64,000 nt of DNA from Euglena gracilis. Taxonomy: Eukaryota. The notes under the pieces are model-generated. The model was not told where the DNA came from, ran no database searches, and saw nothing but the letters and a program-made list of their open reading frames with translations. Positions 25,765-64,000 of the stretch are shown in pieces; the stretch's first letter is position 1, and every line of letters begins with the position of its first letter. A program made the translations under genes and the position numbers. Location: NCBI GenBank assembly GCA_039621445.1, contig CP154954.1:46479847-46543846 (forward strand). Reading direction: 5' to 3'.

Positions 25765-26991
25765 TCAGGTTTTAATACCTCTCTGCTGGCACCTGCCTTT
25801 TCCCAATGGGGGATACTGGCCTGCAGGGCTTTGTAAGGGGGCACCCCTGGATGTAATGTGTCTGGGGATTCCACAGGCCCCATCACTGGGGTCCTTCCCC
25901 CTGGCTGCCCCATCACTGGGGTCCTCTCTGGCTGCCCCATCACTGGGGTCACCTCTGGCCCTGCCATAGGGCTGCTCAAAGACAGGCTTTCCACCTGTTT
26001 TTGAAAGATGGGGGAAGGTCTGTTTCTGCAGTGGGGAGGTACATATATAGCTGGGGGGTGTGGGCTGATTATCTTCTGGGGGGGCCCTGGTGTAGCCAAT
26101 CTTGGGCCTCCCCCCAAGGGCTGTGGTCTTGAATGCATTGGCCTCCCATGGCCACCTGATTTTGATTGAAATGGCCTCCATTGGCCTTGATATTTTCCCT
26201 CTGGCCTCCATTGGCCTCTTGGATATAATGGCCTCCATTGGCCTTCCCCTGAAGGGGGGGCTGCTTGCTTGGATGGGCAGCTCCTGAGGGGTTTTTGTTT
26301 GAGGGAGCTGTGGGGTAAGTTGGACATACCTTCCCCCAGTGGGATCTTCCAAGGTTGGGATACAGGCTGCCATAGCCTTGCAACTGGGCACACTGCCCTC
26401 TTGTGCTGGCTGCCATAGCCTTGATTCTGGGCCCCAGGCCCTGTTAAATGACGGCTGCCATAGCCTTGAGTTTGATTTGAATCCTTTGGATTTCTGATAT
26501 CCCCAGAGAGGCTGCCATAGCCTTTGCTTTTTCCCCTGGAGGGGGAGGTATTGGGAAAAAGGGGTGGAGTCTGTTGGACCTGTGATGGTAGTCCCCCTCT
26601 GTCCTCTCTTCCTGACCAATGCTGTCCATGGTCCATGGCCATCATTTTGAGTGGGGGATCCTGAAAAATTTGAATTGCTGGGGGGTGGGGCGGTTGCGAT
26701 GGCCACGGACTGACGTGCTGCTGCCGCCTCATCACCTTTTGCAGCTGCTGCTGTGTGTCCACCTTCCCCAGCTGTTTTCTTGGAAGTTCGTTGGAGTTCT
26801 TCTTGGCAGTCTGAATTTCTTTGCAGCTCATTCTTCATGGAAGCCCAGTGTGATGCTGTCTTCTTAATTGAAATATTTCTGGGATAATACCAATTGAGCT
26901 CGAAGAGTGGAATTCTCCCTCCTGGAAGTCGAAGGTCAGCAAAAACTTTTGATCCACCAGCTGATAATTCGCCGGTCTTCGGTGAATGCAA
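25765..26991 (-). CDS. Putative gag-like ORF1 of element B (low complexity, short tandem repeats; frame uncertain)
   Basis: Long ORF(s) between the 5' ITR and RT; assignment is positional only. Confidence 0.45.
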   Translation of the reverse strand: MHSPKTGELSAGGSKVFADLRLPGGRIPLFELNWYYPRNISIKKTASHWASMKNELQRNSDCQEELQRTSKKTAGEGGHTAAAAKGDEAAAARQSVAIATAPPPSNSNFSGSPTQNDGHGPWTALVRKRGQRGTTITGPTDSTPFSQYLPLQGKKQRLWQPLWGYQKSKGFKSNSRLWQPSFNRAWGPESRLWQPAQEGSVPSCKAMAACIPTLEDPTGGRYVQLTPQLPQTKTPQELPIQASSPPFRGRPMEAIISKRPMEARGKISRPMEAISIKIRWPWEANAFKTTALGGRPKIGYTRAPPEDNQPTPPSYICTSPLQKQTFPHLSKTGGKPVFEQPYGRARGDPSDGAAREDPSDGAARGKDPSDGACGIPRHITSRGAPLQSPAGQYPPLGKGRCQQRGIKT

Positions 26992-29900
26992 TGCTCCTTG
27001 TAAATATTTTCCAAGTGAACTTTTAGCAGTAAAATTCTTTCTCCTTGAGGTCGAAGGGCAGAATTAGGAGTCAGCCAACTCCGGCAACAAAAAGCAGTAA
27101 GAAGCACCCCCCGCGCACGCACAAACACACCAGAACAGAGCAGCCGGCAAGGAAAGCAGGACCTCAGCATCCCGCAGTGCGGAGCCCGAATGGTCGCAGG
27201 ACCTCACCATCTCGCAGTGCGGAGCCCGAATGGCCCCTATCCCACCACACCGCCGGCGCGCAAGGCATGGCCTCAAAATGGCAGAGCCCGAAGTGTCTTG
27301 ATAATTTTATCGGCTCAGATCTTCGCGGGTATAAGTTTTGCCGTCTTTTTGGACACACCTTGCCTCCCCCCCCGCCTATTGTCATGTTCGAGCACGTTCA
27401 ATTGCAAAAAATTGCACATTTCAGGAAAATCGAAAATTGCACAAAATTGCAAAAATTGCACGGTGCAATTTTCTCCCCCCCCTGCGATATGCCACAATCA
27501 ACTGCACCATTGGCGATTTCTCGTCATGGCCCGTGGGGAACCCCTTCTCGGCCACCAGCACTCTGTTGAAACTCTGAAAATTTTGCACACACAAAAGTCT
27601 GCAAAAAGGAAGCTGTTCCCTGGCTCACACAGGCAGCTCTCATGGGGAAGCCAGTCAATCAAGGGATAGACAATGCAACTCCACAGACAGATGCAGGTGG
27701 TGAATATGACCTTTGTGTGTTGGTGTCCCTCTCAGGAGGGGGCTGGGGCATCGATTCACTTGGTGACCCACCCCCCCCAGCATGGGACCCGCTCATAGAA
27801 ATTTCCTTTGCACCGAAAGCAAGTTTGGACCTAAAAATCGGCACCCCTGGAATGTGGGAAGGCTTGGGGTGGTCGGACCCCCTGCCGCCAGGATGGGGGG
27901 AGCCCACCCGGGTGGGGGGTGGGTCACGGTGACAAGTGAATCTATGTCTGCGGGACCCACTTTTGGGGGTCAATTCAAAAATTCTCAGGGCTTTGTGCCG
28001 GAAACAAAAAAGCCAAAATACAGCCAAAACCCTGCAACTGTCGAGGTTCATGCTCACTTTCAACCACCCCTCCCGTCGCCTGGAACCTAAAACTCCATTC
28101 TTTCCTCAAGCTGTGAATGCTTCGGTGTCACAGTCACCTCCTTCCTGCCTCCCAGATATAGGTTAGCGAGGGAGGACAACGATTGCCTTGGATGCTGGCT
28201 GAGCACTGCGGCCACCCCTCCTGTTGTCCCGGGTGGGGATGCCCTTACCACCGTGGCCACCTCGCCCCGGTTGCCAGGTCGATCACCTTGGCCAGTCGTC
28301 CAAAAACCAATGGATGTCAGCCAATATTTAAAAAAATTTCGTCTGGTGGGCACTTTCCACCTTTCAGGGGAGGGTCTGGAGCACACCATTGCTCATCAAC
28401 ACGGGGGGGGGGGGGGGGCGGTCACTTTGTCCAGTCGGCGAAAGAAAGACGAAAGTGAAAAAAATTTTGGTCAAGAATCCAAAAGTTTTCCGGCGCCTTT
28501 GGCACCGGGCCACTTTTTTTTTTGGCAAATCCTGGTCGATGCCAACGTCAACGGGGGGGGGGGTCTGGAGCCAAAAACCAGCCAGTCACCCCCCCCCCAG
28601 AGGGTGGGGTCAGTCACAGCTTAAACAATGGCATGATCTGGAGCCAAAAATCAGTCAATCACACTCCCCAAAGAGGTTGGGATGGACAAACCTGAAACAC
28701 TAATATGTGGTCTGATTTAACAAAACAACTGCGCATTGACCTGGATTTGCCAGCAATGCGGGTGGCCATCTCCTGAAACGAGGAGGAACAGGGAGTCAGT
28801 CGAACCAGCAAGAAGAGGGCTGGCCAAGCTCCGGGTCCCCAATTATACCGCCCATCCCGTGCAATGAGCAGCTCAGCAGGTCGCTGCTGTTCAGTTCATT
28901 CAATTCCCTCAAAGAAATTCTTCAAAAAAAATCATGCCTTTTCCAGAGGAAAACGCAAAAAAAAGCAGCATATCAACATGTCAACTGTGCTCTTATGCAC
29001 TTTGAATCCACACGTGAACAGCGAACAACTTCAGAACAATACACGAGGCTTTTATAGGAACGTGCCTCACGCGCGAAATTGGGAGACAAAAAAGATGCAC
29101 AACGCCAGCAGATGGAATCAGCCACGACGTGCCTGCCTGGAGGGGTCTGATACAAAAAAGGTCTGTCTTGATGGGTTCACCGGGGGGGGGGGGGGGGGGG
29201 GAAAAAATGGGTGGGTGGGTGGGTCTGGGGTCTCTGAAATGAATCCATGGTCTGGGTCCAGACTTTAGGTGCGGGTTGTCCCTGTCGAACCATGAAGAAT
29301 CCCCATGTGGTGGAGGGTGGGCATCATTTGGGTGATCAGAAGAGGTCAAAATATGGTTGGCGTTGCAACATCTTCCCAGGAATAAGAGCAAACATTATGA
29401 GAACGTTTGCCAGTGTGTCCTGGGGTGGGGTGTCCCAACCTCTTCTTGCAAATACTCTGGCCCCTGGCCGGTTGCCTGTCAGCCTGTGGTTGTGGAGGTG
29501 GCTGGTGCCACTGCCCCTCCCCCCTGGCAGGGTTCGAAGACAGGGGAGGCCCCCCTGTGTGCACTGTGGCTGTTTGTTTGGTGCCTTTTATCCCTTCTTC
29601 TTGCCTGGCACTGTTTTTGCCTGGCCCGGTCCAGTATGGCAGGACAGCAACCCCCTCCTGTGTAATGGCTGGTGGGTGAACGATTTTCAGCGAGGCGAAG
29701 CACCGGGCCGAAAATTTTTGCCCCAAATTAGCCAAAAATGCTTGTCGGGGAAAAAATGCCAAAATTTTCAGCGCAAAGCGACCAACAGCCAAAAACTGAC
29801 CTTTTGGGTGTCCTGCTGGATGAACCCCATCATCCAGCCCACAAGGGAGACCCCCCTCTCCACACCTCAGGTGACCAGGGTTGCTCGGGGGGGCCACACA

Positions 29901-30429
29901 CAAACCCCATCTTTCTGGCACAAAAGAAATTTCCGTTTCCACTTTCAGGAGAGTTTCAGTCCATAAATCAGCGACATTGGGAAAAAAAAGGAAAGGGTGG
30001 TGGGGTACCAGGGGGTGGGGTGGGGCACCAGGGGTCGACCCACCCCCCACCTCCCGGGTGGGGCGGGGTCGACCCCCACCCAACACAGCATTTTCACCAA
30101 TTTTTAGGGGGGAACAAAGCTCAAAAAATTTTGACCAAATTTTGGCACAATCAAGTTTTACTGAGATTTTTTCTTTGGGAATTTTTTTGGGTTTTCAGTG
30201 GCTTTTTTGTTTTGCTTCAAAAACCTCTCAAAATCAAAATTTTGAGAAAATGTTGAAATTTTGGAAGGTGTGAAAAAATGGGGTTTGGGGGGACGTCCCA
30301 CGTGGGCCCCAAAATGGGTCGCAATACACCCAGTGCCGAAAGCGCCGAGAAAAAATTTTTGGGGGTCCAATTTTGGTGCTTCCGGAACAATGGGAAGAGG
30401 TGATGGGGGGCCCCGCCCACCATGCAGAT

Positions 30430-30703
30430 CAGGCTTCTTTTTAAGACCCCCGGGGGGGTGGATCCCCCCCCACCAACCCAGGCCGGCGCGGGACCCCCCC
30501 GGGGGGGGGGGGGGGGTCCGGGGACCCCCCCAAAATCGGGCCCGTTAAAGGCAATTTTCAAAAAATTTCGGCGCTTCGCGCCGAAAAGGTATACCCAGGT
30601 ATGCGCGGGACCCCCCCCGGGGGGGGGGGGGGCCGGCCCGGACCCACCCACCCACCCCCCCCCCCCGGGGGGGGGGGGGTCAGGTGACTTAAAAAGAAGC
30701 CTG
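30430..30703. mobile_element. MITE, 16-bp TIR CAGGCTTCTTTTTAAG, 8-bp TSD ATGCAGAT
   Basis: Perfect TIR and TSD; similar termini at 50762-50988, ~34623-34762 and ~38555. Confidence 0.9.
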
Positions 30704-31882
30704 ATGCAGATGCAGGGTGGGGGGGGGGTCGACCCCCCACCTGCCCCCAAAGCGGTTGGGGGGAGTGCAGGAAATTTTTTCAGGGGCTTCAATAAATGCC
30801 CAAAATTGCATTTTCTGATGTCTTTCAAATTGCTGGAAACAGATGACAAAAAAAACATGCATTTTGTGACATGAAATGCCAGAGAAGAAAAATGATCCGG
30901 GGGGGGTGACTTGCTGAGTGACCCAGGGGGGGGGGTGACTTTCCACTTTCAAAGAACCAGTCAATCACTTTCAAAAATAAAAAGTCACCCACTTCCACCC
31001 CTCCACCTGGGAGGAAAGTGACTCTGGCCCGATCGACGACAAATGGCTTAAAATCAATGGACGTAAGCCAAAAATCAAACAATTTTCCGGCAACATTTGG
31101 CCACCTTCGGCCAATCCTGGCTGCCGCCCCCCTGCGGGGCAGGGTGTTATTAAACGGACCCCCAGGAGGGCCTGGGAAAAAAACTCACAGGCGCAAAACG
31201 CTGGAAAATTTGGGGGGGTTCTGGAGCCAAAAATAACTCAGTCGCTTAAAGCACCCACGTCGGACACAGGCACCCCTTTGCCTTGCCAAGCAAAACTTAA
31301 AAAATGACTTTTTGATTTTGGACCACACACAAATTCAAAAAGCATTGGCTTGATGACTGGGAAAGGTCTGAAAATGGCGCCTTCAAAAACCTTAAATCTT
31401 TTTTAAAAAAACTGTTGCCTTAAACAGCAATACCGGGCCTCACCCCCTCCCCCTGTACAAAACCAATGCTCTGAGGCCAACTAAATCTTTTGGGGGTGAT
31501 GCCACTGAACTTCGGACTGCCAGTATCTTCCCAGGAATAAGAGCAAACATCATAAAGAACGTTTGCCAGTGTGTCCTGGGGCGGGGGACCAAACTCCTTT
31601 TACAAATCCCGATGTGCTTGTGATGCCTCTCTCTGGCTCTTTTCCCTCTTCTTGGCCTGACCGCTGACCCACACATATGCTCCTATTGAGCCTCCCCACC
31701 CTGCCCAAAGCAGTTGGGGCTTTTGTCAGCGCTTCCAACCCACACAACTGCAAACAACCGTGTGGAAAATGCACACCACTGGAAAACTCACTTGGTGGTT
31801 GGTCTCCAGAAAGGCGTGGAAAAGCCGAGTGTGAAAGACAGCGGGTTGAAAGTGAAATGCGGAAACACAGCGGGCCAGCCGC

Positions 31883-63491
<31,609 letters not shown>

Positions 63492-64000
63492 CTGTTCAGG
63501 GGAGAGAGAAAAAGCAGCAACATCAAAAAGAAAAGCATCCAGAGTGCCACTTAAGCGAAAGGGCAGCCAGAGGATTTTTAAGATCTGGACTGCCTCCCCC
63601 CCCCCCAGGCATCGGAGGACCCACTTTTGAGGGTCAATTTTAGGGACCAAAAAATATTACATGCATTATGTATAATAGAGGCCTCACCCGGCCTGTAACT
63701 CAGGCTCATAGATTCAGTTAATGACGCCGGGGGGGGGGGGGGGGCACTTTTTTCTGAAAACCAAAAGCCACCCACCCATTAGCCGACAATCACCCACCCA
63801 TCCAAAATCCAGCCAAAATCGGTCAAAAACCCTTCAAAAAATCCGGCCGGACCCCCCACCACCTGCCTCATGTCTGCGGAGCTTCTTCCCATGCAACCCT
63901 GGGTCCCCCCCCTCCCACCCAACCCAAATTGGGCTTCCCCGCCCAGGGGCGGGGGGGGGGGCAGGGAAGCCCCAAAAATCGGGCCGTCCCAGGGCATTTC

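Larger units (their letters stand above)
22498..27233 (-). mobile_element. DIRS1-like tyrosine-recombinase retrotransposon, full-length (element B), frameshifted
   Basis: Inverted terminal repeats ~22648-22747 / ~27074-27170; internal complementary region ~22970-23070 matches, inverted, both outer ends (22591-22657 and 27202-27233); RT, RNase H, MTase-like and YR motifs in DIRS order. Confidence 0.92.

Noticed and set aside
16975-25800. Programmed frameshifting in the DIRS ORFs
   Set aside because: Breaks are numerous and mostly at homopolymers, so decay or sequencing error is more likely.
63492-64000. Start codon, transit peptide or upstream linker exon of the PsaD gene
   Set aside because: None recognisable; the 5' exons presumably lie beyond the window.

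Overview
Eukaryotic, repeat-rich nuclear DNA, most likely from a photosynthetic euglenid. That assignment is inferred from the polyprotein linkers and non-canonical introns. Main content: (1) a minus-strand, 22-exon gene spanning 31883-63491, with its 5' part beyond the window. It splices into one open frame of about 692 aa encoding a photosystem I PsaD polyprotein: three near-complete PsaD units plus one short, highly diverged PsaD-like unit, joined by GAVAMF(A/S)ET-type linkers. Eighteen introns are GT-AG and three are euglenid-type nonconventional introns. One of these still has a perfect 8-bp target-site duplication and terminal inverted repeats, like the many CA(G/T)...CTG-ended MITEs in the window. 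(2) A nested cluster of DIRS-type tyrosine-recombinase retrotransposons at about 16.2-27.3 kb, with RT, RNase H, adenine-methyltransferase-like and YR domains, ITRs and internal complementary regions. (3) Dense, often nested MITEs and simple repeats. (4) A few GC-rich candidate exons of an unidentified plus-strand gene at 5-13 kb. Long G/C homopolymers and frameshifts suggest some sequencing error.
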